Assembly: GCA_965240325.2 (NCBI GenBank)
Contig: OZ251222.1
Span: 1,736,001 to 1,800,000, forward strand
Reading direction: 5' to 3'
Length of the DNA: 64,000 nt
Origin: Rebecca billardiae RCC1528
Lineage: Eukaryota > Protista > Haptophyta
The notes under the pieces are model-generated. The model saw nothing but the letters and a program-made list of their open reading frames with translations, ran no database searches and was not told where the DNA came from. The translations under genes were made by a program, and so were the position numbers. The stretch's first letter is position 1, and every line of letters starts with the position of its first letter. Below are positions 24,155 to 34,654 of the stretch, piece by piece.

Positions 24155-24466
24155 AGTGCCACATGCAAAAGCTGATACCGTGCGGTTGCGGGTAAACCCA
24201 TGGACAGTAGTTGTTTCATAAATATTTTGCGAAAACCGTTTCATGAGCATCCACTCGTTCGCTCGGGAGCCGAGTGCTCAAGTTCCAAATGAACAGGACG
24301 GGCGGTCCCCGCTCGCAAGCAAGGTCGCCGGCGACAGGGATCGCAAAAGGGGTGGGTTGCCCTGCCTGCCAGTGGCCGTGGACGCCTCCGCGCTCGCGCC
24401 AGCGGCCCATCGCTGCTCGGGGCACACCGACGGGCGCGAAGCTCCCGCAGCCCCGCTTCGGCACAG

Positions 24467-26296
24467 ATGGTTCGGCCCATACGCGTGCTGTGCTTCACGT
24501 GGAACGTGGGCAACGCCGCGCCGCGCGAGGAAGAGCTTCCGCTCTGGCTGCCGGCGGGCGGCTCTGGCCTCGACATCGTCGCGATCGGCACGCAGGAGAA
24601 CGCGGGTTGGGACGGGCAAGATACCGGAGGGGACGGGAATGCGCTGCCCCCCCTCGAGCGCGCCGACTCGCGCGACTCGGTGGAGAGCGAGCACGCGGAG
24701 GTGCTGCGGCGAGCGAGCCTCGGCCACGTCCACACGCGCGGCATTGATCTCAAGGGCCTCGAGCGCATGGAGCAGAAGAAGCTGGGGAGCCGGCGGATGT
24801 CGGACTCGTCGGTGAGCGCATGGGACAGCATGATCCTCCGCCGCCTCGGCACGGCGTGGGTCTCGATCAAGAGCGCGGAGATGATGGGAATGAAGCTGAG
24901 CGTCTTTGTGCGCAAGGCCGCCGTCGAGCCCTCGATCGGCCACGTGATGGCGGCGCGCTCGGCGACGGGCGCCGCGGGCGGCCAGCTGGGGAACAAGGGC
25001 GGGCTGGCGATCTCGCTGTCGTACGGCCGCACCACGATGTGCTTCGTCTCCGCCCACCTCGCCGCGCACATGAACAAGCTCCTCGACCGCAACGACGACT
25101 TTTGGGAAGTCCTGCGCGAGACGCGCGACAAGATCGGCCCGGCGGAGCGCGCCGACCTCGCGCACTCGTTCGACCACGTCTTCTGGATGGGCGACCTGAA
25201 CTACCGCATCGACCTGGGGCGGAACACGCTGAAGGGGAAGAAGGACACCTCCACCGACGCCGCGGCCATCACCCAGCTCATCAACGCGAAGGAGTGGGAC
25301 ACGCTGATCAGCGCTGACCAGCTGCGGCTCTGCCAGGAGGAGGGGACGGCGTTCGTCGGCTTCGAGGAGGGCCCGGTCCACTTCGCGCCCACGTTCAAGG
25401 TGAAGCGGCAGGCAGGCCTGGCGTACCAGGAGAAGCGCGTGCCGTCGTACTGCGACCGGATCCTCTGGAAGTCGATGCCGCCGCTCGCGCGCCACGTGCA
25501 GCTCAAGGAGCTCAAGAGCGTGCCAGCCGTGAGCACGTCCGACCACAAGCCGGTCCTGGCGTCGTTCGCGGTCGAGCCGACGCCGATCATCCCGATCGCG
25601 CCCAAGTCGAGCCGGAGCCAGTACCCGCTGATACGGCTCTCGGGCGTGGACGTGCGGCTGCGCGGCGGCGCCATCGACTTCATGTCCTCGGCGTGCGACC
25701 CCTACGCCGTCTTCTACACCAACCCGCACGGCCTGCTCGGCGAGGAGACGCCGATGACGGCGGTCGTGCTGGGGCACAAGGACAAGGACGTGGAGGGCGA
25801 GGCGGCGCCGCCGCAGGCCGCCGACCGCTCGCCGAGGCCGAGCGCGCGCACGATGCACATGCAGCGGACGGTCTCGACGATGCGCTTCCAGGCGCCCGGC
25901 GAGCTCTTCCTCTACAAGTTTTGGTGGACCGACCGGCAGCTGCCGCTGCTCCGCCCGCGCGTGCAGAGCGCCGAGGAGCTGCAGGGCGTGACGCTGGTCG
26001 TCGCGATGTTCGACCACGACATCCTCACCGCCGACGACTCGCTCGGCACGGTGCTCATCCCGCTCAAGCGCCCCGTCGACGCGATCGGCACGCCGGACAA
26101 CTACTCGTTCGAGGTGGACACGCCCATCTCGTGGGAGCGCGGCGTGGGCAGCTTCAGATGCACGGTGACCGTCAGCTCGGGCGACGCGCTCAAGGACGCG
26201 CTGCAGCGCGCGCAGAGCGAGCGAGCGGGCACGCAGGCGAAGGTCTGGCGCGGCAAGCGCGGCTCCAAATGCGGCGGCCTATGCAGCGTGCAATGA
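24467..26296 (+). CDS. Inositol polyphosphate 5-phosphatase with C-terminal C2-like domain
   Basis: TWNVGN, IGTQE, GNKGG, FVSAHLAAH, FWMGDLNYRI, PTFK, PSYCDRILW, SDHKPV; later MFDHDILTADDSLG (C2); ends in CSVQ (possible CaaX). Confidence 0.93.
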   Translation: MVRPIRVLCFTWNVGNAAPREEELPLWLPAGGSGLDIVAIGTQENAGWDGQDTGGDGNALPPLERADSRDSVESEHAEVLRRASLGHVHTRGIDLKGLERMEQKKLGSRRMSDSSVSAWDSMILRRLGTAWVSIKSAEMMGMKLSVFVRKAAVEPSIGHVMAARSATGAAGGQLGNKGGLAISLSYGRTTMCFVSAHLAAHMNKLLDRNDDFWEVLRETRDKIGPAERADLAHSFDHVFWMGDLNYRIDLGRNTLKGKKDTSTDAAAITQLINAKEWDTLISADQLRLCQEEGTAFVGFEEGPVHFAPTFKVKRQAGLAYQEKRVPSYCDRILWKSMPPLARHVQLKELKSVPAVSTSDHKPVLASFAVEPTPIIPIAPKSSRSQYPLIRLSGVDVRLRGGAIDFMSSACDPYAVFYTNPHGLLGEETPMTAVVLGHKDKDVEGEAAPPQAADRSPRPSARTMHMQRTVSTMRFQAPGELFLYKFWWTDRQLPLLRPRVQSAEELQGVTLVVAMFDHDILTADDSLGTVLIPLKRPVDAIGTPDNYSFEVDTPISWERGVGSFRCTVTVSSGDALKDALQRAQSERAGTQAKVWRGKRGSKCGGLCSVQ

Positions 26297-26833
26297 TGCC
26301 GCCGCCCGCAGCGGACGCCCTCGGCGCGTCCAAGGCCGGCACGTGGCACGGCCGCGGCCGCGGCCTGGCCTGCACCTGGCGCCGTCGGCGTCGGCGCCTC
26401 CTCGCCGACTGCCCGGGCCGCGAGCAGGCGCGCGGCCGCTCGCGGTGGCGCCCTGCCCTATCCAGGCAGGCAAACCGCCGAACTACACCCACTACGGCCA
26501 TGTGGCATGTACACCACGCGGGCGGAAGTGGTGCTGCCGTCTGACACCAGCTCACGCGTACCGTTCGCGGCTTCGACGAGTTCGACGGCGGACCGTGTCG
26601 CCGTGTCGCCTGTCGGGCGCGTCACACTCAGTCACAGCGGGCAGCGGCACACCCACTACGACGCGAGTACGTAGGACTTCGGCTTCGCTGAAATATTGGA
26701 CATTGAGTGAGACAGAGAGTCAGAACTCACAGAAGTCTCATCAGAACACTCCTCGCCGTCCACCGTACCGCCCCGAAATCCGGGCCATCCAGATTTCAGC
26801 GGGTCCGGACGTGGCATCGCTTGTTCCTCAAGG

Positions 26834-27391
26834 ATGCCCGCCATCAGCCTGGTCGCGTGGTCGCTTGCTGCCGCGTGCGCGGCTCACGCCCCGACTGCAT
26901 GGAGGCACATGCCGACGGTGTCAGTGAGACGTGCATGCATCCGTCTCGAGCAACCTCCAGACTCTGTAGACGTTTCCGACCTCGGGCTGATGATGGAAGA
27001 CCTGGAGCAGTCCCTGGAATCGACTGCCGACATCGTTGCGATCGGCCTCGAGAGCACATCTGGGGTGCCGGGTCGCATGGACGAGGGCATCTCATGGCGA
27101 GAGGGGCAGAAGTGGATCGAGGCTTCCTTGACCATTCCAGGCCTCCGAGGGCAGCCAAGTGCCGCCCTCCAGCTGGAGCTCACTGAAACCACCGCGACAG
27201 TCACCTGCTTCGGCCAGGCGATTTGGTCGTGCGTGCTCAAGGGCCTCGTCCTACCAGATACTGCCCAGGTGACTGTGACGGAGAGCGGCATGCAACCAAG
27301 CATCAACGTACGCGTCGCCAAGGCTGATGCGCTCGCAGATCGGTGGAGCGGTTTTGTGGACTCGATTGGTGTTGACAGCCTCCTTCAGTAA
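26834..27391 (+). CDS. CS (p23/NudC-like) domain protein, probably plastid-targeted
   Basis: Signal-like N-terminus; ISWREGQKWIEASLTIP...LQLELTET...LKGLVLPD...RVAK..RW matches CS-domain pattern. Confidence 0.7.
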   Translation: MPAISLVAWSLAAACAAHAPTAWRHMPTVSVRRACIRLEQPPDSVDVSDLGLMMEDLEQSLESTADIVAIGLESTSGVPGRMDEGISWREGQKWIEASLTIPGLRGQPSAALQLELTETTATVTCFGQAIWSCVLKGLVLPDTAQVTVTESGMQPSINVRVAKADALADRWSGFVDSIGVDSLLQ

Positions 27392-27546
27392 TTGTAAGCT
27401 AGCCTCCTGGCGCCCTCCTGGCTCCTGTACCGTACGTGAGCGGAATCTTCTTCGGAATGATAATAATTTGGTGTCAGAGCCGGCACCGGCGCAGCGCGGC
27501 TTTGCGCTTACAGTTACTGCGGTAGCAGGCCGCAGTGAGAGTATAC

Positions 27547-27591
27547 TATATATATATGTGTGTATAGAGAGTGTGTGTGTGAGAGAGAGAG
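27547..27591. repeat. Compound microsatellite (TA)n/(GT)n/(GA)n
   Basis: Directly visible. Confidence 0.85.
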
Positions 27592-28337
27592 TCACTAGTA
27601 GTACTGCGAAGCCTAAAAATAAAATACTATACGACTAGCTACTGTCAATCTCGCCTGCCTGAGCTGTGTGCGTCTCTTATTCTTAGTACTAACTGTACTG
27701 GGGCCCTCGTCATTCGGTGATCCGCTCAGACAGCAGGGCCGTGGCCGCAGCAGTGAGTGCAGTGCCGCAGCTTGTCACTACTGGATGCTCTCCGAGCTAG
27801 CAGCGTGCCATTAATACTAATAGACTGAATCTGTCACCGTGTTACCAACAGCCGTGTCAGCCGTGTGCGTCGTCAGCATGCTGTTCCGTACCTGCGCCGG
27901 GCGCACGCCAGCGCGCACGCACGGCGCAGCGCACCCAAGCCCGGCCTTCCGCCAAGGTAGGCCTGTGCCACGATTCGACGCGCCTAGGGTGCGCGGCTCT
28001 CTCGCGCGATGCCGCCCTCGTTCCTTGTTGGAAGGGCGGGCGCGATCACTCCGTGCGCCGCTCACGCTGCTCGCGCCGCTCACGGCCGCTCGGCGCCCTG
28101 GTTCCGGCGGCAGGTGCGTGCGCACCCGCCCGACAAGCCGCCCGGTGAGCGCCTGGCGCCGCGCGCGCCGCCAGCACCATGGCCCTGCCGCTGGAGCTGG
28201 GCGCACCCGGTGGTGTCTTCTGAGGATTTATTCCGGCCGCCCGCCATCGTGAGGTGGGAAGCCACATATCTGGCTGGGCAGGCTGGCCGGCCACCTGGGA
28301 AGCTACCTGCAACCCGGCCCGGGCGGCGGGGCGACCA

Positions 28338-29297
28338 ATGGTCAAGCCAGAGTGTGAGTCGCTCGCGCGGCGGCTGGCGAGCGCGCGACAGCCCGGCGGC
28401 TACGCGTTGGCACCGTACCCGCTTGGGCTCGTGGCGATGGACGAGCATGAGCCGTGGGCGTCGGCCAATATGCGCGAAGTGCTGCTGCTCGTCATCATGT
28501 TTGTGGGCGCTCGGCTGCTCCTGCGCGGCATAGCACCCACGGCCGGCCGCGCGATCGGGCGCACGCTGCATGGACGCGCGTGGGCCGGAGCCCGGACGGT
28601 GGACTGGCGACGCTTTGCGGATGAGGCGTATTACACCGTCGTGCACGCGCTGCTCGTCCTGTACGCGCTCTGCTCGGATGTGGGCCCGGAGGTGCTCGTG
28701 ACGATGCGCGGCAGCTCAGTGTGGCTCGCGTGCGAGCAGCCTGCCATGAGCGAGGCGCTTCGGCGCTACATGCTGCTGCAGGCCGCGTTCAACATCGAGT
28801 CGCTGCTTGTCCTCGCGTACGGCGTCGCCGTGCCACGGGGAAGCGCGCCCGACCGCGCGATGATCATGCACCACGGCTCGACCATCGTGCTCATCGTCGC
28901 CTCGTGGCGGCTGCACTTCGTGCGCGTGGGCGCGGCCATTTCGCTGCTGCACGACGTGACCGACCTGCCGATCGATGGGATCCGGCTCTCGCAGGCGCTG
29001 GGCGCGAGTCTCATGCTCTACGCCTCGGCCGCCTCCGCGCTCCTCCTGTGGGCCGTCGGCCGGCTGGTGCTGTTCCCCATCTGCTTGATGTTACCCTGCC
29101 TGTTTAGCAGCCGGCACTTCCTCCAGCTCGTCACGCGCCGTTCGGGCGTCGCGGTGTGCGGCCTGATTCACGTGCTGTTCGGCGTGCCGCTGATCCTGCT
29201 GTATGTGCTGCACATATACTGGTACCGCATGCTGGTGCGCAAGGTGCTGCGCCATGCGGGCCGCCACGCGACTGCCCACAAAGCTCATCAGGGTTGA
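28338..29297 (+). CDS. TLC-domain LAG1-like ceramide synthase (start may be 28437)
   Basis: Lag1p motif DRAMIMHHGSTIVLIVASWRLHFVRVGAAISLLHDVTD; W..GRL..FP; LYVLHIYWYRML; multiple TM helices. Confidence 0.88.
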   Translation: MVKPECESLARRLASARQPGGYALAPYPLGLVAMDEHEPWASANMREVLLLVIMFVGARLLLRGIAPTAGRAIGRTLHGRAWAGARTVDWRRFADEAYYTVVHALLVLYALCSDVGPEVLVTMRGSSVWLACEQPAMSEALRRYMLLQAAFNIESLLVLAYGVAVPRGSAPDRAMIMHHGSTIVLIVASWRLHFVRVGAAISLLHDVTDLPIDGIRLSQALGASLMLYASAASALLLWAVGRLVLFPICLMLPCLFSSRHFLQLVTRRSGVAVCGLIHVLFGVPLILLYVLHIYWYRMLVRKVLRHAGRHATAHKAHQG

Positions 29298-29502
29298 TCA
29301 TGCTCAGACGACTACTCATCCGGGTTGTCGTGCATGTCCTGCATGCCTGACTCGGACCTAACGTATCGATCTCGTCGTCACTAGCGCGTCGTAGATCATC
29401 ACTATCTGAGTACTGCGTGTTACAGCCGCGAACGGCTATTAGTATTACTATTTAATTGCCAGCGCGCAAATATACTATATACGATAAAAAGCATGGCGGC
29501 GA

Positions 29503-30600
29503 ATGCCAGCGGCGGGCCGAACATCCATCGCATCCTCGGCCTGCATCGCAGGCTTTCTGTGCCTTGCGGGGGGGATTCTCGGCGTGGTCTTCTCGCCGCT
29601 CGTGCGAGGAGCCCAGCGCGTCGAGCTCGTCTTCGGGCTGGCCGATAGCACTGGCGGCACGCGCGGTGTCGACCACCCAGCGCTGGCTCCGACGCGCAGG
29701 TTGTGCACGCGCGCATGGGACACATGCAGCGTCGTGTCCACGTCTGGCGTGCTGCTGCTCGCGCACGCGGGCGAGCTGATCGACTCGGCCGACGCTGTGG
29801 TACGGCTGGGGATCGGTCCCACGCGCGAGTACGAGCAGCACGTGGGCACACGCACTGATGTTCGCTACCTTGCAAACACGTTTGCGCGCACCAACCGATC
29901 GATCTCGCGCGAGATGGTGCACGCCGTTCTCGGCTCAGAGCCCGGCGCGACGATCCTGTGGCACACCAACGACGGTCGGTACTGCACCGCCACGATGCGC
30001 GCGCTGCACAAGTGCCATCCGCGCACGGCCATCTGCCCCGTCAGGATGGCGGTGCGGGACCGCGCGCGCTCGTGCCTGCCGGACGCCACCAACCCAAGCT
30101 CGGGCTTCATCGCGCTGTACGCGCTCCTGTCCACGGGTATGTGCCGGCGCGCGCGCCTCTTCGGGTTCACCGACCCCCCTGACATCGAGGGCGTGCGGTA
30201 CCACTACTTCCGCTCGGGCCGGGGCGAGGTGGACGGCTTGCTACGCGAGCGCTACGCTCTGCTGCGCAGGCAGCGAGCAGCCGGCGCGCGCGCGCACGCG
30301 ATCACGGCCGAGCACCGATGGCTGCACAGCGTTGGCACGGCTGTCGCGGATGGCACTATGGTCGCGCCCGGAGGCCAGCGCGCTGGGCCGAGCCGCCGCG
30401 CGCTCGGGATTGGCGCGGATCTCGCGCGCACGCCGCCAGCGCCTGCGGCGCCCAGCTACATCGAGGTGACCGCAGAGGCCATGCGTGCGCGCTGCCGCGA
30501 CTGGCGCGGCGCGGAGGTGGCACGCAAGCTTCTCAAGTACGGCAACGCGAGCGTACCCCTCGACGGCTCGGCATGCGAGCGCGCGTACCCCGAGTGCTGA
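29503..30600 (+). CDS. GT29 sialyltransferase-like type II membrane protein
   Basis: N-terminal TM; sialylmotif L CSVVSTSGVL...GELIDSADAVVRLGIGPTREYEQHVGTRT; S PSSGFIALYALLSTGMCRRARLFGF; III YHYF; VS HAITAE. Confidence 0.87.
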   Translation: MPAAGRTSIASSACIAGFLCLAGGILGVVFSPLVRGAQRVELVFGLADSTGGTRGVDHPALAPTRRLCTRAWDTCSVVSTSGVLLLAHAGELIDSADAVVRLGIGPTREYEQHVGTRTDVRYLANTFARTNRSISREMVHAVLGSEPGATILWHTNDGRYCTATMRALHKCHPRTAICPVRMAVRDRARSCLPDATNPSSGFIALYALLSTGMCRRARLFGFTDPPDIEGVRYHYFRSGRGEVDGLLRERYALLRRQRAAGARAHAITAEHRWLHSVGTAVADGTMVAPGGQRAGPSRRALGIGADLARTPPAPAAPSYIEVTAEAMRARCRDWRGAEVARKLLKYGNASVPLDGSACERAYPEC

Positions 30601-30879
30601 GAGCATCGAGACCGAGCAGTCGGCCGTGGTCAAGGCCGTCTGCTCCACCCGAAGCTGTCGTCCCCATTCAGTAGCTGAGCCCGACATTCAGCTACTGATC
30701 GATGCTGAGTTCGTCCCAGAAAATTCGAGGCATTTTCCCGGCCCGTCTCCGGGCGCGCGGCGCAACGGACGCGTCCAGGGCCGGTCCTTGATTCCTTGGT
30801 CTGGCACCGGGCGCAGCGACAAGGCCGCACTCGGGACCCCAACCTCCACCGTCCACACGCGCCTCGTCTTCTCGCCGTC

Positions 30880-32382
30880 ATGCAGACGTCGTCGTGCCCT
30901 TTCACGTCAGAGGTGGTGACGAAGGCCTTCGACCCGTCGACGGCCGCGTACATCGAGGTGAGCTCGGACTCGAAGCTCTACGGCCTCGCCGTCCCGTACA
31001 TCGCACAGCACGCTGCCGACTCTGCGCCGCACTCGCGCCGAGTGGACGTCGTGGGCGGAGGGTGCCACTCGTCTGACGAGGACTCGGACAGCGACGAGGA
31101 GACTTCGCTCGCGTCGGATATGACGGTGGCCAAGACATGCGCGCGCCCCACCGCGCTCACCATCGGCCTTGGCCTCTTCCGCTTCTCCTTCGGCGGCGAG
31201 TCGGGTCTGCACGCGCTGCACGAGACGGTCGGCGAGCCGACGGCCAACGGCTGCGGCTCGGTCGACCTGTACACGCGGCTGGTCCTCTTCGCGCCCAAGA
31301 GTGCCGGCGGGCTCGAGCTGCTGCAGACGTTCTGCGACAAGCTCATCGCCGACTCCGAGCGCACGCGCTCGGGCACATTTGCTATCTTCCGATGGCAGAC
31401 TCGGCACCAGTACTGGCGGAGGCAGGTGCGCGCAAGCGCCCGGCCGATCGAGTCCGTCGTGCTCCCCGAGGTGACGAAGAGCAAGCTTGTCCACGATCTG
31501 GACAACTTCCTTTCGCCCAAGACCGCCAAGTGGTACCGCAAGCACGGCGTGCCGTACCGCCGCTCGTACCTCTTCCACGGCGTGCCGGGCGCGGGCAAGA
31601 CGTCTCTGCTTCAGGCGATCGCGGGGAAGTACGAGAGGAACCTCTGCTACGCGAGCCCGGCGCACCCCGACGTGACGGACGACGCGCTGAAGACGGCCGT
31701 GCAGAGCACGCCCTCGCAGTCGCTCCTCGTGCTCGAGGACATCGACGCGCTCTTCACCAAGGGGCGCACGGCCAAGGACGGAAAGTCGCCGCTCACCTTC
31801 TCCGGCCTGCTCAACGCGCTCGACGGCGTCGGCGCCGCGAACGGCCAGCTGATCGTGCTCACGACCAACTTCCGCAACCAGCTGGACGACGCGCTGATCC
31901 GCCCGGGCCGTGTGGACATGCACATCGAGTTCGGCTACGCCACCGCCGAGCAGATGGCGATGCTCTTCGGCCAATTCTATCCGCACGCGGCCACGACCGA
32001 CGCCCAGGCGTTTGCCGAGCGCACCACCGCCGCGCTCGCCGGTCGCGACGTCGCCATGTGCGCGCTGCAGCACTTCTTCATCATGTCGCGCACGCGCTCG
32101 CCCACCGAGGCCATCGAGAGCGTGCACGAGATCGTCGAGGAGCTCCAGACCAAGCAGTCGGATGGCGCCGCCGAGGCCGCGCCTGCGGCTGAGGACGACG
32201 ACGCCAAGACCGGCAAGACGGCCAAGGCGAAGAAGGCTGCGAAGAGCAAGTCGAGCAAGGCGGCTGCGCGCGCTCCGCCACCGGTGCACGTGCACGTGCA
32301 CCTCCCGGGGGCTGCCAGCGCCGCGGATGGCGATGCCGACGACGGTGCGGATGGTTCGGCCAACGAGTCTGAGAGCGAGTGA
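30880..32382 (+). CDS. BCS1-like AAA ATPase
   Basis: RPIESVVL, GVPYRRSYLFHGVPGAGKTS (Walker A), LVLEDIDA (Walker B), LTFSGLLNALDG, LTTN, LDDALIRPGRVD. Confidence 0.92.
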   Translation: MQTSSCPFTSEVVTKAFDPSTAAYIEVSSDSKLYGLAVPYIAQHAADSAPHSRRVDVVGGGCHSSDEDSDSDEETSLASDMTVAKTCARPTALTIGLGLFRFSFGGESGLHALHETVGEPTANGCGSVDLYTRLVLFAPKSAGGLELLQTFCDKLIADSERTRSGTFAIFRWQTRHQYWRRQVRASARPIESVVLPEVTKSKLVHDLDNFLSPKTAKWYRKHGVPYRRSYLFHGVPGAGKTSLLQAIAGKYERNLCYASPAHPDVTDDALKTAVQSTPSQSLLVLEDIDALFTKGRTAKDGKSPLTFSGLLNALDGVGAANGQLIVLTTNFRNQLDDALIRPGRVDMHIEFGYATAEQMAMLFGQFYPHAATTDAQAFAERTTAALAGRDVAMCALQHFFIMSRTRSPTEAIESVHEIVEELQTKQSDGAAEAAPAAEDDDAKTGKTAKAKKAAKSKSSKAAARAPPPVHVHVHLPGAASAADGDADDGADGSANESESE

Positions 32383-33036
32383 GCGCTACTCGCCGACGGT
32401 CAAGTGGCTGGGCAGGCGCGGCACACCTGTGATGATGATTGATGTGTCCAGAATATGCTTGATCGATGACGGCTGTATCTCAGCCGCGTTGCGTGCTCCT
32501 CATGCGTCGCGGCGGTGAGCATATCACGCAGCATGCGTGACATGTCGTGGCATTAATTGATCTGACTTCTCTGAGTCTGGCGCAGTGATAACAACGTAAT
32601 TAATAGATATAGATTGCCACTGGACTCGCGATGCGGCTGCTTTGTGATCAGTGATGATGATGAACTAACATCATGCGCATGATTGATGTAGCGCTGCTAG
32701 TAGCAGTCGTAGTAGCAGTCATCGTGATGATGCTGATGATCAGCAATGCGCTGCTGCTGATTTCGCCTGCGCGCGTTTGACGACTGCTTAAGACGCATCG
32801 TCATATTATCATCATAGAGTAGCAGTCGATCATCGTCGATATATATTATATCTGACCGCAGACGCGGATACAGTATGACGTATGTCATACATCAATGTGG
32901 ACCGAACGATGACGGCTACAGTACGGCGGCATAGGCCCTGACATCTGGGGGTGTGCCGGATATATGCAGATGAAGTGTGATCGACGACCACTGCTAGCTA
33001 CCGCGACGATCCCAGAAGCAGGAGGCTCAGGCCAGT

Positions 33037-34470
33037 TCATAGCTCGGCCCCCTCGTCAAGCTGTACCTGCAGCTGCAGCAGCGCCGCCAGCCTCGTCGCC
33101 GACTCACGCGTGTCGGCGTGGGCGGAGCCCAGCTGCTGCTCGCGCCCCTCGAGCGCCTGCCTATACAGTGCCTCCGCATCTGCCCACCTGCCCTGCACCT
33201 GGCGCAGCTCAGCCAAGCGGTGCACGGTGGTGAGCGTGCGGGCATGCTCGGCACCGAGCCGCTCTGCCTGCCCGTCTCGAGCGCGCAGGAGCAAGGCCTC
33301 CGCCTCCTCGAGCTTGCCCCGCTGCCTGAGCAACAGCGCGCCCAGGGCACTCGAGGAGGCGAGTGTGCTCGGGTTCGCCGCGCCGAGCAGTTGCTCCTTG
33401 CCCTCAAGCGCTCGCCTGAGCAGCGGCTCCGCCTGGTCGAGCTTGCCCCGGCTCAGCAGAAGCATGCCCAACTCGCCCATTGATTGGAGCGTCGTCTCGT
33501 CCGAAGCGCCCGGCTGCCCCTCGTCTGCCGCCACAGCACGCCTGAGCAGCGGCTCCGCATCATCCAGCCTGCCCTGGGCGTGCAGCAGGCCGCCGAGGCT
33601 GCTCGCGGAGGCGAGCGTGTCGTGGTGCGTGGCACCCAGCTGTTCCTCGCGCGCCTCGAGCACGCGCCTGAGCAGCGGCTCCGCCTCATCCAGCCTGCTC
33701 TGCTCGGTGAGCAACGTGGCAAGGTTGCTGATCGCAACCAGAGTGTCGACGTGCTTGGCGCCCATCTCCGTCTCGAGCAGCTCGAGCGCGCGCCTGAGCC
33801 GCCCCTCCTCCTCGTGCAGCGGCGGCCCGTCGCTCGCCGAGAGCTGCACCACCTCATGCAGCTCGTTGCCCACCTGCTTGCCCGCTAGGCGCAGATCGTT
33901 CAGTAGCTCTCCGAGCTTGCGTTGCGAAAAGGCTGGTAGCTCCCCGGCGCGCAGCACGACGCCAAGAACTTCGGGCGCAAGCAGCAGCTGCTTCATGAGG
34001 GCGTGGTGCTCCCAGTTGTAATAAATCGGGGCGGCGTGCACGCCAGACGCGATCGCCGCGTTGGCGATCGCGACCGCGTCGGGCGCATGGCCGTACGCGT
34101 CGCGCCCTGCGGCGCCGCGAGTCTCGACAACATACACGATCGCTGGGCCCAGCCGCGTGGGCTGTGGCGCGAGGCACTTGTCCGCAGGCGCGTCTGTCGG
34201 GTAGAGCGTGCCCACTAGCGCGCTCGGGATGGCGACGTCCGGGATGATGTCCGTGCGCGAGGCCATAGCGGGTGTGACGATCGAGAGCGATGGCTGCGGT
34301 AGTCGGCCGTGACCCACCGGCACCTGCCCGTGCGGGTGCGGCAGGTGCACATCGTTGGCACTTTCTTCGCACGCGGCACGCAGCACCTGCGGACCATGAA
34401 ACGACCGCGTGTTCATGAGCTGAGCCACCAACGAAACAACCGCGCGGTTGAAGACAGTCAGTGTCAGCAT
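33037..34470 (-). CDS. Cj0069-like N-terminal domain fused to kinesin-light-chain-type TPR repeats (start uncertain)
   Basis: VVETRGAAGRDAYGHAPDAVAIANA...YY...VVLRAG resembles the Cj0069 family N-terminus; about five 42-aa repeats GRLDEAEPLLRRALE..EQ.LGA.H.DTL. Confidence 0.75.
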   Translation of the reverse strand: MLTLTVFNRAVVSLVAQLMNTRSFHGPQVLRAACEESANDVHLPHPHGQVPVGHGRLPQPSLSIVTPAMASRTDIIPDVAIPSALVGTLYPTDAPADKCLAPQPTRLGPAIVYVVETRGAAGRDAYGHAPDAVAIANAAIASGVHAAPIYYNWEHHALMKQLLLAPEVLGVVLRAGELPAFSQRKLGELLNDLRLAGKQVGNELHEVVQLSASDGPPLHEEEGRLRRALELLETEMGAKHVDTLVAISNLATLLTEQSRLDEAEPLLRRVLEAREEQLGATHHDTLASASSLGGLLHAQGRLDDAEPLLRRAVAADEGQPGASDETTLQSMGELGMLLLSRGKLDQAEPLLRRALEGKEQLLGAANPSTLASSSALGALLLRQRGKLEEAEALLLRARDGQAERLGAEHARTLTTVHRLAELRQVQGRWADAEALYRQALEGREQQLGSAHADTRESATRLAALLQLQVQLDEGAEL

Positions 34471-34654
34471 TGAACGACGTCGACAGGCAGTAGGATGGAC
34501 AGAATAGAATGTACACAAAGCGACCACAGTCGCGATAGGAAGGCAATGCCGCCGTCGTCTCGGAAGTCGGAGCAGTGCAAAGTCGCGCTGCCACGGTAGC
34601 GCTGCCACTGCGGTCCGAAGCAGCCCGCTTGCGCCTCGCAGGCGTCGTGGCAGC

